From positions 1 to 64,000 of the forward strand of contig JBBIQV010000004.1 of NCBI GenBank assembly GCA_037442105.1: a stretch of DNA of 64,000 nt, given 5' to 3'. The notes below the pieces were generated by a model. That model was not told the DNA's origin. It did no database searches and worked only from the letters and a program-made list of their open reading frames with translations. The stretch comes from Nitrospiraceae bacterium (lineage in GTDB: Bacteria; Nitrospirota; Nitrospiria; Nitrospirales; Nitrospiraceae). The translations under genes and the position numbers were made by a program. This document shows, piece by piece, positions 45,806 through 55,211 of the stretch (within the stretch, counting starts at the first letter, position 1; each line of letters starts with the position of its first letter).

Positions 45806-47068
45806 ATGGAATCGAAACGGCGTTCCATCGCACAGCTTGATCAGGCTTTGCGTGTAAGGACTCGCGAAGTGGACGTGCTCCACCGCATCAGCGAGTCAAT
45901 CAGCAATACGCTGGATCTCGAGGCGGTCCTGAAACACATCGTCGAGGTGGTCGTAGAAGTCACCAAAGCCGATGCCTGCCTGCTGTATCTGCTTTCCGAC
46001 CGCCACGACGAACTCATTCTTCGGGCGTCGAAGAATCCGCATCCCAAGCTGATCGGCCGCATTACGATCGGGCTCGGCGAGGGGATCACCGGCTGGGTCG
46101 CGCGCGAGCGGACCCGCGTCGTGATTCCGAGCAATGCCAGCGACGACTCCCGCTTTAAGTTTTTCCACAACCTGCCGGAGGACCGCTACCAAGCATTCGT
46201 CTCGGTGCCCATTATGGCCAAAGGAGAAGTGGTGGGGGTTATCAACGTCCAACACAAACGGTCGCGCAAATATCGTTCCGATGAGCTTGCGCTGCTGTCG
46301 ACCATCGCAAACCAGGTGGGTGGGGCGATCGAGAACGCCCGTCTCTATGATCAGATGAAGCGCAAGGCGCTCCAGTTGGAGACGCTCTCGCAGGTGTCGG
46401 AGACGGTGACCTCCAACCGTCTGATCGATGATATTCTTCAGCTCATCGTGACCATGACGGCGCAAATGATGGGTTCCAAGATTTGTTCGATCATGTTGCT
46501 TGACCAAGCGACAGGCGAGTTGCGGATCGTCGCGGCCCAGAGCCTCAGCGAACAGTACCGGCGCAAGCCGAATCTCAAAGTCGGCCAGAGCATCAGTGGA
46601 CGGGCCGTGCAGGAACGGCGTCCCATCATCGTGCCGGATGTGACGAAAGAGAAGGACTATATGTATCCGGACATGGCGATCAGAGAAGGACTCTGTTCGT
46701 TATTGTGCGTGCCCATGATGATCCGCGAGAAGACGGTAGGCGTGATCAATAGCTATACCTCGGTCCCCCACATGTTCACGGGCGAGGAGGTCAAGCTGTT
46801 GCAAGCCATCGCCAATCAGGCAGCCATCGCCATCGAGCACACGACGCTCATGGAGAAATCCTTCGAGATGCAAGAAGCGTTGGCGGTGCGCAAGTTGCTC
46901 GAACGAGCGAAGGGCTATTTGATGCGCGCGAAGAAACTCTCAGAGGAAGAGGCCTTCAAGCTGATCCAGCGGCAGAGCATGGACCTGCGCAAATCCATGC
47001 GCGAGATTGCAGAGGCGATTTTGCTGGCGGGGGAGATCGAGGAGCGGGCGGAGCGGCAAAGGATGTAA
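45806..47068 (+). CDS. GAF-GAF-ANTAR RNA-binding regulator
   Basis: Two GAF repeats (GEGITGWVA; GQSISGRAV) and C-terminal ANTAR (RKLLERAKGYLM..LSEEEAF..IQRQSMD). Confidence 0.92.
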   Translation: MESKRRSIAQLDQALRVRTREVDVLHRISESISNTLDLEAVLKHIVEVVVEVTKADACLLYLLSDRHDELILRASKNPHPKLIGRITIGLGEGITGWVARERTRVVIPSNASDDSRFKFFHNLPEDRYQAFVSVPIMAKGEVVGVINVQHKRSRKYRSDELALLSTIANQVGGAIENARLYDQMKRKALQLETLSQVSETVTSNRLIDDILQLIVTMTAQMMGSKICSIMLLDQATGELRIVAAQSLSEQYRRKPNLKVGQSISGRAVQERRPIIVPDVTKEKDYMYPDMAIREGLCSLLCVPMMIREKTVGVINSYTSVPHMFTGEEVKLLQAIANQAAIAIEHTTLMEKSFEMQEALAVRKLLERAKGYLMRAKKLSEEEAFKLIQRQSMDLRKSMREIAEAILLAGEIEERAERQRM

Positions 47069-47218
47069 AGAGGGGGCGGGATAGCCTCTCCCGGTTGACG
47101 GCAAGCGCCGTGTGCTTTCTGACAGTGAAGAGAAAGGTTGACCGAGCACCGGCTTTTTGGTAAAAGGCCATGACGTTTTCTGCTCGTGGGTGGGGTGTCC
47201 CCTCGTTGGAGACTCATC

Positions 47219-47782
47219 GTGCTTGACCATCCCTGGTGGTGGACTCGGCGCTCGTTCCTCACGACCTCGTTCTTTGGTTGCGCGATCCTCGGCGGATTCG
47301 TCACCTGGCCGGCCGGGGCGCGAGCAAGCCAGATGCCCGAGGGGCGGCTGACCTTCTATAACCTGCACACGGACGAACGGTTGGCCGTGACGTATCGGGA
47401 TGAGGATGGCCGCTACGATCAGAGCGCGCTCGACGAGATCAATTTCATTCTGCGATGTCACCACACAGGTGAAGTAGCGGCGATGGATGTGCGGGTGATC
47501 GAGTATGCGAACCTCGTCCAGAAAGCGGTGGGCGGAGATCGCGAGATCCATGTCGTATCCGGGTTCCGGTCTCCAGAATACAACGAGTTCCTGGTCCGAG
47601 CCGGACGCCGGGCGGTGAAGAACAGTTTGCACGTCCAAGGCCAGGCGATCGATATCCAGATCCCTGGCGTACACCCAAGGGCCGTGCGGCAGGCCGCGAT
47701 GACGATCGAGTACGGCGGTGTGGGGTACTATCCGCGATCGAAGTTTGTCCACCTAGATTCCGGCCCCTTTCGCTGGTGGTGA
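47219..47782 (+). CDS. Tat-exported YcbK/DUF882 (MepK-like, peptidase M15) protein
   Basis: TRRSFL Tat motif; SGFRSP, SLHVQGQAID, GGVGYYP..FVHLDSG; start inferred. Confidence 0.9.
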   Translation: MLDHPWWWTRRSFLTTSFFGCAILGGFVTWPAGARASQMPEGRLTFYNLHTDERLAVTYRDEDGRYDQSALDEINFILRCHHTGEVAAMDVRVIEYANLVQKAVGGDREIHVVSGFRSPEYNEFLVRAGRRAVKNSLHVQGQAIDIQIPGVHPRAVRQAAMTIEYGGVGYYPRSKFVHLDSGPFRWW

Positions 47783-47886
47783 GCCGGGAAACCGGTTAGT
47801 TCTCCTCGTCAGTCCGACACCGGCCTCACGCTAAGATCCTCACCCTATTCCGGCGAATACGTCTCGCTTATTGGTGATCAGCAACG

Positions 47887-47911
47887 AACCGTCATGAATA
47901 ATGCGGGCTAG
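47887..47911. mobile_element. Solitary IS/MITE-like terminal inverted repeat
   Basis: TCATGAATAATGCGGGCTAG (47892-911) is the exact reverse complement of 58972-58991. Confidence 0.6.
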
Positions 47912-47975
47912 CTATCCGTCACCTGGCGGAGAGTGATTTCGTCTTGATATTCGTGGAATCGAAAGGAGGTCGTGT

Positions 47976-48410
47976 ATGGTTGTGACACGGGGGGCGGTGG
48001 TGTCGGTGGAGTACACATTGTGGTTGGATGATCGGCAGGTGTTCGAAAGCAACGTGGGGGATGCTCCGCTCACCTATACGCACGGCGCGCGTGAAATCAT
48101 CCTCGGTTTGGAAAAAGGACTGGAGGGGATGAGTGTCGGAGAGACGAAACACGTCACGGTGAATCCCGTGGAAGGTTACGGGGAAATGCAGCCGGAGGGT
48201 TTTTTCGAAGTCGGCAAGGAGCGGATTCCTGTGGAAGCTTTGATAGTCGGCACGAAACTCGAGGGAGAAGCTCCGGACGGGACGCCGGTATTTCCGCGTG
48301 TGGCGGAAATCCGGGAGGACACCGTGGTGCTTGATCTGAACCACCCGCTCGCAGGCAAGACGCTCTATTTCGATGTCAAGGTCTTGGATATTCAACAGGG
48401 ACAAGGATAA
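47976..48410 (+). CDS. slyD: FKBP-type peptidyl-prolyl isomerase, SlyD family (no His-rich tail)
   Basis: GLEKGLEGM, P.EGYG, LDLNHPLAGKTLYFDV. Confidence 0.9.
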   Translation: MVVTRGAVVSVEYTLWLDDRQVFESNVGDAPLTYTHGAREIILGLEKGLEGMSVGETKHVTVNPVEGYGEMQPEGFFEVGKERIPVEALIVGTKLEGEAPDGTPVFPRVAEIREDTVVLDLNHPLAGKTLYFDVKVLDIQQGQG

Positions 48411-48555
48411 TGGCCGAGGAGCATTCGTGTACGGCCTGGATTCTTGGCCTGCGTTGTGGGGCTGTGCGCAACGAGAGCGTCGCATTGAGCGCTTCAAGCG
48501 GCTGCGAAGTTGTAGTGACGCGAGGTAGTTCGGCGGGAGTTCCGTTGGGAGAAGA

Positions 48556-48993
48556 TCACCCGACAAGATCGGGATTGAGATGGTTCAGTGATCTGATCGC
48601 GGTAGCCTTGATTTCGTTATACACAATCATGCGGCCACTCTGGCGCAAACGGCTGAAGATACCTTCCACGATGACTTGATCGCCTTCCCGCACTTCCGCC
48701 TGCCCGAGAGAGACCACCTTCAGTGTGCCGGCATGACTCTGTAAGAGAAAGCCGTAGGCCGGCTGTCCTTGCCGATTCGTTGCGAGTTGCACGTTGGTTA
48801 TCTTTCCCGTGACGGTCACCACCTGATGATCGTATTGATCGGGGTGGGACAGAAGTTCGGCGATTTCCAGCAGGTTCGCCGATACGCCAGCCGCCGACAA
48901 AATTGCAAGAAGAGGGATGACGAGGAGAAACATTTTCCAATAAACCCCCAGTGCGCGGGGACGATGAGAATGGACTGAAGGAGGCAAAACCAT
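48556..48993 (-). CDS. Exported hypothetical protein, OB-fold-like
   Basis: Hydrophobic signal; ELLSHPDQYDHQVVTVTGKI...EGDQVIVEGIF resembles OB-fold/CcmE-like strand pattern; start 48993 or 48933. Confidence 0.7.
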   Translation of the reverse strand: MVLPPSVHSHRPRALGVYWKMFLLVIPLLAILSAAGVSANLLEIAELLSHPDQYDHQVVTVTGKITNVQLATNRQGQPAYGFLLQSHAGTLKVVSLGQAEVREGDQVIVEGIFSRLRQSGRMIVYNEIKATAIRSLNHLNPDLVG

Positions 48994-49001
48994 ATGGTGC
49001 A

Positions 49002-49029
49002 ATTATACCGTCATTTTTTCGAATTTCAA
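49002..49029 (-). promoter_or_regulatory. Sigma70-type promoter
   Basis: Minus strand TTGAAA, 16 nt, TATAAT. Confidence 0.6.
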
Positions 49030-49124
49030 GGAGACTCTAGCTAGAAAAGTTTTCACTGCCGGAAAAAAGATGCGTCGGGCGAGCGCAGGAACTGGGCCAG
49101 CGGACATCAGGCCGGCGTGGGACC

Positions 49125-50303
49125 CTACCCGCGTCCGCTGTAATTGTCCGGGTTTTGTTCACCTAACATGCTTTTGAGGATGTGCTCCGCCATCTCTCCA
49201 ATCACCGGCTCCCCTTTCTTCTCCTCTAAGAGCTCAACTGCTTCAGTCTTTGGGTTCGGGGTGATACGGGCGAGGAGCACTTCTTCAAGCGACTCCGGTG
49301 AGGTATCCAGATCAGCCAGGATGGCGGCCAAACGCTGGAGGCCGAAGAGGGAGCGGGTGAGTTCCGGATGCATGGCGGCGGAACTTGCGCCATGGACGAG
49401 CGACAACCAGAACTTCGCTTCGAGGTCTTCAGGCATGGTGCCCCAGGCGAACGAGGTGAGCTTTTCCAGCAATCTCTCCTCCGTCCGCTCGAGTCCGTCG
49501 TAGGTTGAGACGGACCGTTCAACTGGCCGCCCGGTTAACGCGGTCAGGGTTTCTCGCCATAAGTCGAGGGGGGGAATCTTGGCAGGATCATTCGTGGTGG
49601 TCGTTCCCTGGAGGGCCTTGTGGAGTGCCTGCAGGTATTGGTTCAAATACTTCACCTTGCGCGCGGCTAAGGCGCCGGCTGGTATTCCCCAGATGTGCGC
49701 GATTTCATGGTCCTGGAGCGGGGAGGCGTTGGCGGTCTGCCATTCCCGGTCAGCCAAGTCCAGCCGTTTGCGGTATTTCTCCGCGAGCCGCAGTTGGGTC
49801 TGCAATTCGATGCACAATCGTTCCCGCTGGTAATCCTCGGCGGTGATGTCGTCGTTCTCCCATCTTTGATCGAGTGCTCGAATAGCAGGTTTGGGAATAG
49901 CCGACCTTGCTTCTGCGCTCAAGCGGTGAAGCCTCTCTTCGGAAACACCGAACTTGGATCTCAGCATCTGCTTGGCCTGGCTCGCCAGAGCGTCGCACAT
50001 GTCGCTCATCTTTCGGAGACACTGAGTTTGCAGCCATGTCCGTTCGCGGCGTAGCCGAACCTGCCGGCGATATTGATCCCGGCGTTCCTCGATGCTGTGG
50101 ATCGCATCCCGCGTGGTGCCATAATTGGTCGATTTATGCCCTGACTGAGCGCGTGGGTCAGGCCGGTCCATGGCCATGTACTCAATCTCCTCCTGCGTCA
50201 CGTCGTAGTGTTGGAGCAGGAGCAGCCGCAGCATGATACGGCCTTGGATCGGCAGGGAGGCGATGACTGACTCGATCTGTTCTTGGGTGAGCAGCGAGGG
50301 CAT
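49125..50303 (-). CDS. Hypothetical protein with helical/coiled-coil core and HTH-like segment
   Basis: 392-aa ORF with normal composition; LQDHEIAHIWGIPAGALAARK is HTH-like. Confidence 0.8.
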   Translation of the reverse strand: MPSLLTQEQIESVIASLPIQGRIMLRLLLLQHYDVTQEEIEYMAMDRPDPRAQSGHKSTNYGTTRDAIHSIEERRDQYRRQVRLRRERTWLQTQCLRKMSDMCDALASQAKQMLRSKFGVSEERLHRLSAEARSAIPKPAIRALDQRWENDDITAEDYQRERLCIELQTQLRLAEKYRKRLDLADREWQTANASPLQDHEIAHIWGIPAGALAARKVKYLNQYLQALHKALQGTTTTNDPAKIPPLDLWRETLTALTGRPVERSVSTYDGLERTEERLLEKLTSFAWGTMPEDLEAKFWLSLVHGASSAAMHPELTRSLFGLQRLAAILADLDTSPESLEEVLLARITPNPKTEAVELLEEKKGEPVIGEMAEHILKSMLGEQNPDNYSGRG

Positions 50304-50336
50304 CTGGATTAGGGGGATTATATGGTCGGCTTGGCC

Positions 50337-50549
50337 TTAAGCAGACCCGGCCTGCTGTTGTTCGAAGTAGAGGGCGACATATTCACGGATCTGCTGGACC
50401 GTCCCGCTGATGAACAGCTCGCGAGGCACTTCGACTCGGACAAGTTTCTGGGGGTCCACGCCGCGTTCCACTGCGTATTCTTCGTCAATGTATAAACTCA
50501 CGGACCCGTCGGGGAAGCGAATCGCATAGACTGCGTTGTTGTCGGCCAT
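50337..50549 (-). CDS. Small hypothetical protein
   Basis: 70-aa ORF with SD GGAGG, co-oriented with the downstream 392-aa ORF. Confidence 0.75.
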   Translation of the reverse strand: MADNNAVYAIRFPDGSVSLYIDEEYAVERGVDPQKLVRVEVPRELFISGTVQQIREYVALYFEQQQAGSA

Positions 50550-50625
50550 GGCCGGACGTCCTCCCTGCTCCAGGCAGGCAAATTAATTATCTCTGTAACA
50601 TACGCCAGGTTTGGGTGTCAAAGTC

Positions 50626-51312
50626 TCAAGCCTGCCTCGGATGTGGCTCCGATGGGAGGAAACAGTCCCGCCGCCAGAGCACATAAGCGGTGAAGGCCAT
50701 GAGGCTGATCAGAAAGACTGTGCGGACTCGTCCATAGCCGAAGCAGGCGAAGTTGGCCACAGCATTGATCAGGCCGAAACTCGCATAGGCCAGATAGAGC
50801 AGCAACGACCAGCGGCGGAGATGCAAGAATCCGACGCCGATGAAGGTATGGATCGTCGGCGATTGGGCTTTGACAAGGACGCCCAGACTGCCGTCCGGTT
50901 TGGTACAGAAGACCGAGAGGGCATAGTCAGGCTGCTTGAGGATAATATAGAGATCCATGAGGGCACTCAGCAGGAAGAGCGCGCCGAGGTACCGCACATC
51001 ATGCGCGCGTGTCCATACCTTGTGCCAGGTACGTCCCAGTCTCGCCATGTGTGGGGAGAGAGACAGGTAGGCGTCGTAGCTCTGGATCGCCCACCAGGGC
51101 AGAACGATCAGCATGAACATGAACACTTCCGCTCCTGAACCGGCGAGGTGGCCTGTAACCATGGCTAAGATGATCAGGATGAGCGTCGTGCCGAAGTACA
51201 CTCCCGCTGTCGCCGGTTGTCCTTGTACTGCTTGACCGAGTCCGGGAAGGAGGGCCGACAGTGCGGCTGCCAGAGGGTTTGGGGTAGCTGAGAAGTGGGT
51301 GCGGAACATCAT
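50626..51312 (-). CDS. Hypothetical multi-pass membrane protein
   Basis: LSALLPGLGQ motif and about six hydrophobic segments. Confidence 0.75.
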   Translation of the reverse strand: MMFRTHFSATPNPLAAALSALLPGLGQAVQGQPATAGVYFGTTLILIILAMVTGHLAGSGAEVFMFMLIVLPWWAIQSYDAYLSLSPHMARLGRTWHKVWTRAHDVRYLGALFLLSALMDLYIILKQPDYALSVFCTKPDGSLGVLVKAQSPTIHTFIGVGFLHLRRWSLLLYLAYASFGLINAVANFACFGYGRVRTVFLISLMAFTAYVLWRRDCFLPSEPHPRQA

Positions 51313-51430
51313 TAACCCGTCAGATGCCGGTGGCTGGGACTGTGAGAGGGCCCCGAGAGGTCGTCCCAAAATGCAACGGCCTTCGATCGCGTGACCGAAG
51401 GCCGTGCCTGAGCGTCAACTCCGCCGTCGC

Positions 51431-52138
51431 TCACCCGCCCAAGGTATCCAGCGATTCTTTCAAGCTTTTCCGGACGCAGGTGAAGATCGGTGTATCTCGC
51501 AGCGTGTAGCGGCTGCCTTCTGTTTCGCGCAAGGCCATCACCAGATCCAGGAAGTCCTCCGGCTTGTCGCTCTCGAATGCGACCACCCATTCCTGGTCGT
51601 CCAACCCGAACGAGTAGGTCGTGTTCAGCTTAACGGAGGGGAACCGATGACCGACTTCGATGTGTTCGTCCATCATGCCCTGCCGCGCCGCTTTGGTGAG
51701 CAGGAACCATTCCCGCGTTTTCAGGAATGGATAGACAAAGATGTACTTGCTTTTGCCTGGGATGATCGACAGGCGTTTGCTTTCCTGATTCTCGTGGGTG
51801 TGATGGTCCACATAGATCGAGCGTTTGGTCATCGAGAGGTAAGAATAAGGAGTCGTCACATACTTCCCAAGGCCGGACGTGAGAATCTTCGTGGTCATTT
51901 CCTGGAACAGCTCCAGTTCGTAGCTGATCCGCCAGAGCATCAGATCGCAATCCCCGCGGATGCCGACTGTGGTATAGGCGAGGACCATCACTTTCCCGCT
52001 GTAGTCCTCGACCGCACGCATAAACTCCTGCTTTCCGCGCGTGCGCTCATCGTCCGGGAGACGACGCCAAGCAGGATCGACCTTATAGAAAGCGAAATTC
52101 ACATACTGGCGCTTGGGCGGCTGCTCAGGGCTAGACAT
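51431..52138 (-). CDS. Chlorite dismutase-superfamily protein, probable coproheme decarboxylase (ChdC/HemQ)
   Basis: YPFLK..EW, MMDEH (proximal His), SFGLDDQEW, LRETE. Confidence 0.85.
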   Translation of the reverse strand: MSSPEQPPKRQYVNFAFYKVDPAWRRLPDDERTRGKQEFMRAVEDYSGKVMVLAYTTVGIRGDCDLMLWRISYELELFQEMTTKILTSGLGKYVTTPYSYLSMTKRSIYVDHHTHENQESKRLSIIPGKSKYIFVYPFLKTREWFLLTKAARQGMMDEHIEVGHRFPSVKLNTTYSFGLDDQEWVVAFESDKPEDFLDLVMALRETEGSRYTLRDTPIFTCVRKSLKESLDTLGG

Positions 52139-52286
52139 ACCGGTCCTCCATGAAACAAACTTCTTGAAAACGCGCAGCTAATGAGGAAGTTTTGTTTAGC
52201 ATTTCGCTTTCAGTATTGTCAACAGACTGGATGTAGCCCAGCCCAGCGTTGACACGGCTGGAACGATCTGTTACTGGCTCTCGATC

Positions 52287-52904
52287 ATGAAGAGGTTCCG
52301 TACCCTCGCCGGTCGGATGGTCACCGCTCTTGGTCCTGGCGCGCTGCTGGTCTGCATGCTATGCCCAGCCACGAGCCAGGCCATCGAAGTTCACCCGACT
52401 GCGACGCAGGTCCAGGCCGCGTTACAGCGGGGGAAGCAGGCGGCCGAGCAGCGGATTCCTCCCGATCAATTGTATGCCTGGTTTGGCGAGGACGGCGACT
52501 TGCACCCGCGAGGATTTTTGATGACCAAGCTTGGCGGGCTTGCGGTCATGGGGACGCACTTCTATCTCCGGGGCGCCACGCCGGACGAAGTCGAGATCGC
52601 GCAGATTCTCGACGGCAAGACGCTCTTGGTCGGTGTCATCCTCTATGGAGACCGTTCCACTTTCGCCATCGACAGTTATGCCTTGTTCGATCAGGGGGGT
52701 CGGACAATCAAGCCGGTGTCGGTGCGGTTTGACGGCCAGGCTGCGCGCAGTTCAGTGTGGCCGAAGTCGCCGGCCTACCGGGCCAAGGTGGTGGCGTCCT
52801 TCGCCTACGCGGATTTCGATCCGGTTGCCCGGACGACGTTCTCCGTTTTTCTGTCAGGAGGCGGGCAGGTGACATTCGACCTTGACTTTTCTCAAATCGA
52901 ATGA
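52287..52904 (+). CDS. Exported hypothetical protein
   Basis: Signal peptide ending SQA; 205-aa ORF; TTGACA at 52249 upstream. Confidence 0.75.
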   Translation: MKRFRTLAGRMVTALGPGALLVCMLCPATSQAIEVHPTATQVQAALQRGKQAAEQRIPPDQLYAWFGEDGDLHPRGFLMTKLGGLAVMGTHFYLRGATPDEVEIAQILDGKTLLVGVILYGDRSTFAIDSYALFDQGGRTIKPVSVRFDGQAARSSVWPKSPAYRAKVVASFAYADFDPVARTTFSVFLSGGGQVTFDLDFSQIE

Positions 52905-52933
52905 GCAGAGCGAGCCGTCGCGAGAGGAAGTCG

Positions 52934-54232
52934 ATGCGCGCTGCCGAAATCATCGCCATCGGGTCAGAACTCCTGATAGGAGGACGGCTCGATACCAACT
53001 CGCTCTTCCTGGCCGAACAGTTGGCGTCGATCGGGATTGTCGTACGCTTCAAGTCGGTCGTCGGGGACGACGAGCGGAACATCGTCGAGGCGATCAAGAC
53101 CGCTGTGAGACGGGTCGACCTGATCGTCATGACCGGAGGCTTGGGTCCAACCGTGGACGATTGCACGAGGGAAGCGGTCGCTCGGGCTACCGGACACAGG
53201 CTCAGTCGCAGGAAAGCAGCGCTGGAGGGCATGACCGCGCGACTTGCTCAGTGGGGACGGACACCGAGCGCGGCGCAGGTGCGTCAGGCGATGATTCCGT
53301 CAGGCGCCACCGTCCTGGCCAATCCGGTCGGGTCTGCGCCGGGGTTCAGCCTGACGTGGGAGAAAACAGTGTTCGTGGCCTTACCGGGCGTTCCACAGGA
53401 AGCCGAGCAGATGTTTGCGCGAGAAGCCATGCCGATCTTGCTGGCGAAGGTTGCACAGGACAGGGGGCGGTCTCCGAGCCCCATTGAGCGACAGGTCTTT
53501 CACACGTTCGGTCTGCCGGAAGTGGATGTCGAGGCCAAGTTGAACGGGCTCATTCCAAAAGGAGTTCCGGTGGAATTGGGCTTGCTGGCGTCGCCCCTGG
53601 GTGTGCTGGTGTCGTTGACCACCAAGGGGACAGGTTCGCACGAGAGACGAACGGCAAAAGGACGAGAGAGGCGCCGGGATCTGCTGCAACCCTTGGCGGA
53701 AGAAGTTCGATCTCGATTAAGCCGCTGGCTCTTTGCTGAGGGGCACGACACGATGGAAGAAGTGGTCGGACGAGCCCTGGCCAAACGGGGCCTTACCGTG
53801 GCGGTTGCCGAATCCTGCACCGGCGGTTTGATCGGCCATCGTCTCACGCAGGTGCCTGGTTCCTCTGCTTATGTGGATCGAGTTGCAGTGTGTTACAGCA
53901 ATCGCGCCAAGATAGAAATGTTGGGCGTGCCGGCAGAGTTGATTGCACGTTGCGGCGCCGTGAGCGGGGAAGTGGCGGCGGCAATGGCGCGCGGCATTCG
54001 CGAGCAAAGCAACGTCTCGGTGGGTCTCAGCATCACCGGCATTGCCGGGCCGGGCGGTGCGACCGAGACCAAGCCGGTCGGGCTGGTCTACGTTGGATTG
54101 GATAGCGGAGACGGAGAGCCAATCACGAAGGAATTCCGGTTTCATGGCGACCGCTCGATGATCAAGCAACGGTCGTCGCAAGCAGCATTAGACCTGCTCC
54201 GCCGGTGGCTGATCGGCGAGGGGGCAAAATGA
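52934..54232 (+). CDS. cinA: Competence/damage-inducible protein CinA (MocF + PncC domains)
   Basis: AEIIAIGSELL, GGLGPTVDD, LPGVP, AESCTGG, SITGIAGPGG. Confidence 0.96.
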   Translation: MRAAEIIAIGSELLIGGRLDTNSLFLAEQLASIGIVVRFKSVVGDDERNIVEAIKTAVRRVDLIVMTGGLGPTVDDCTREAVARATGHRLSRRKAALEGMTARLAQWGRTPSAAQVRQAMIPSGATVLANPVGSAPGFSLTWEKTVFVALPGVPQEAEQMFAREAMPILLAKVAQDRGRSPSPIERQVFHTFGLPEVDVEAKLNGLIPKGVPVELGLLASPLGVLVSLTTKGTGSHERRTAKGRERRRDLLQPLAEEVRSRLSRWLFAEGHDTMEEVVGRALAKRGLTVAVAESCTGGLIGHRLTQVPGSSAYVDRVAVCYSNRAKIEMLGVPAELIARCGAVSGEVAAAMARGIREQSNVSVGLSITGIAGPGGATETKPVGLVYVGLDSGDGEPITKEFRFHGDRSMIKQRSSQAALDLLRRWLIGEGAK

Positions 54233-54837
54233 TCCGCGCCTTTCTGGCGGTTGAGCTGAACGAAGTCGTGCGGGGCGAGCTTGCCAAGCTGCAACGGGAG
54301 TTGAAGCAACGGCTCGATCGGGAGATCCAGCGAAAGGCGAGGGTCTCCTGGGTGCAGCCGGCATCGATCCATCTGACGCTCAAGTTCCTCGGCGACACCG
54401 ACGAGCAACTGGTTGGAGCGCTACGCGACGCAGTTGAACAGGCGATTGGAAGTCATGAAGCTGTGAGCGTACCACTCCAAAGGCTCGGATCCTTTCCTCG
54501 TTCTCAAAGCCCTCGTGTTCTCTGGGTCGGACCGAGTGAGGAGTGGGAACGGGGAGATGGCGCGAAGCGGCTGGCCGAGCTGCATCAGTCAATCGAGCAG
54601 ATCTGCGAAGGATTCGGCTTCGCCCGTGAGACGAAGCCATTCAACCCACATCTGACGTTGGTGCGGATCAAAGAAGGGGAGCGATCCGTTGGGCCGGCGC
54701 TGGCCAAAAGCGGCGTAGCGGATCGTCCGCTGACTTTGGGCTTGTTGGTGGTGGGGGCAGTCGCGCTGATGAAAAGTGAATTAAGACCGACCGGGCCGGT
54801 CTATACGAAGCTGTGGGAGGTACGGCTGAGGGAGTAA
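54229..54837 (+). CDS. thpR: RNA 2',3'-cyclic phosphodiesterase (2H family, LigT)
   Basis: RAFLAV, HLTLKFLG, PHLTL. Confidence 0.95.
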   Translation: MIRAFLAVELNEVVRGELAKLQRELKQRLDREIQRKARVSWVQPASIHLTLKFLGDTDEQLVGALRDAVEQAIGSHEAVSVPLQRLGSFPRSQSPRVLWVGPSEEWERGDGAKRLAELHQSIEQICEGFGFARETKPFNPHLTLVRIKEGERSVGPALAKSGVADRPLTLGLLVVGAVALMKSELRPTGPVYTKLWEVRLRE

Positions 54838-55211
54838 AGGTCCTCGCCGGCCAGCCAGCTTGCCCGTTGCTCCGTCCCTTCTCTTTCCTCCTCTTTCCTC
54901 ATCACCTCCAGTCGCTATCACTCGAAAGGGTGAGCGAAATTCCCTCCCATGGGTGATTTCGCTTGCCGCTTGTAAGGGGCAGAATACACCATCTGACCTG
55001 GCGCCGCAGAAGTAAAGTTTCTGCAAAAGGCGACCATCATGCGCCCAAGCGTCCTTTTTCAGTCAAGCCGTTTAGCCCCATGTTCCAAGAAATCTAACGC
55101 AGTCGAACATCCTCACAATAAGACCGTTGATGGTGGCCAATCAAGAAACGGAGGTGATGGGCGACGTTAGGTCATGCGAATACCAATGTCTCTAGCAAGG
55201 AGGGACGAGCC

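Noticed and set aside
47098..47112. ACGGC-AAGC-GCCGT hairpin as ANTAR target downstream of the ANTAR gene
   Set aside because: Loop is not an A1/G4 hexaloop and there is no partner hairpin
54910..54965. Possible c-di-GMP-I riboswitch (GAAA-capped stem followed by GCGAAA)
   Set aside because: Lacks the GGCAAA / GACGCAAAGC consensus and a proper second stem
55127..55144. TTGAT...ATCAA resembling an FNR/Crp box upstream of the cupredoxin cluster
   Set aside because: Half-sites are separated by 8 nt rather than the required 4
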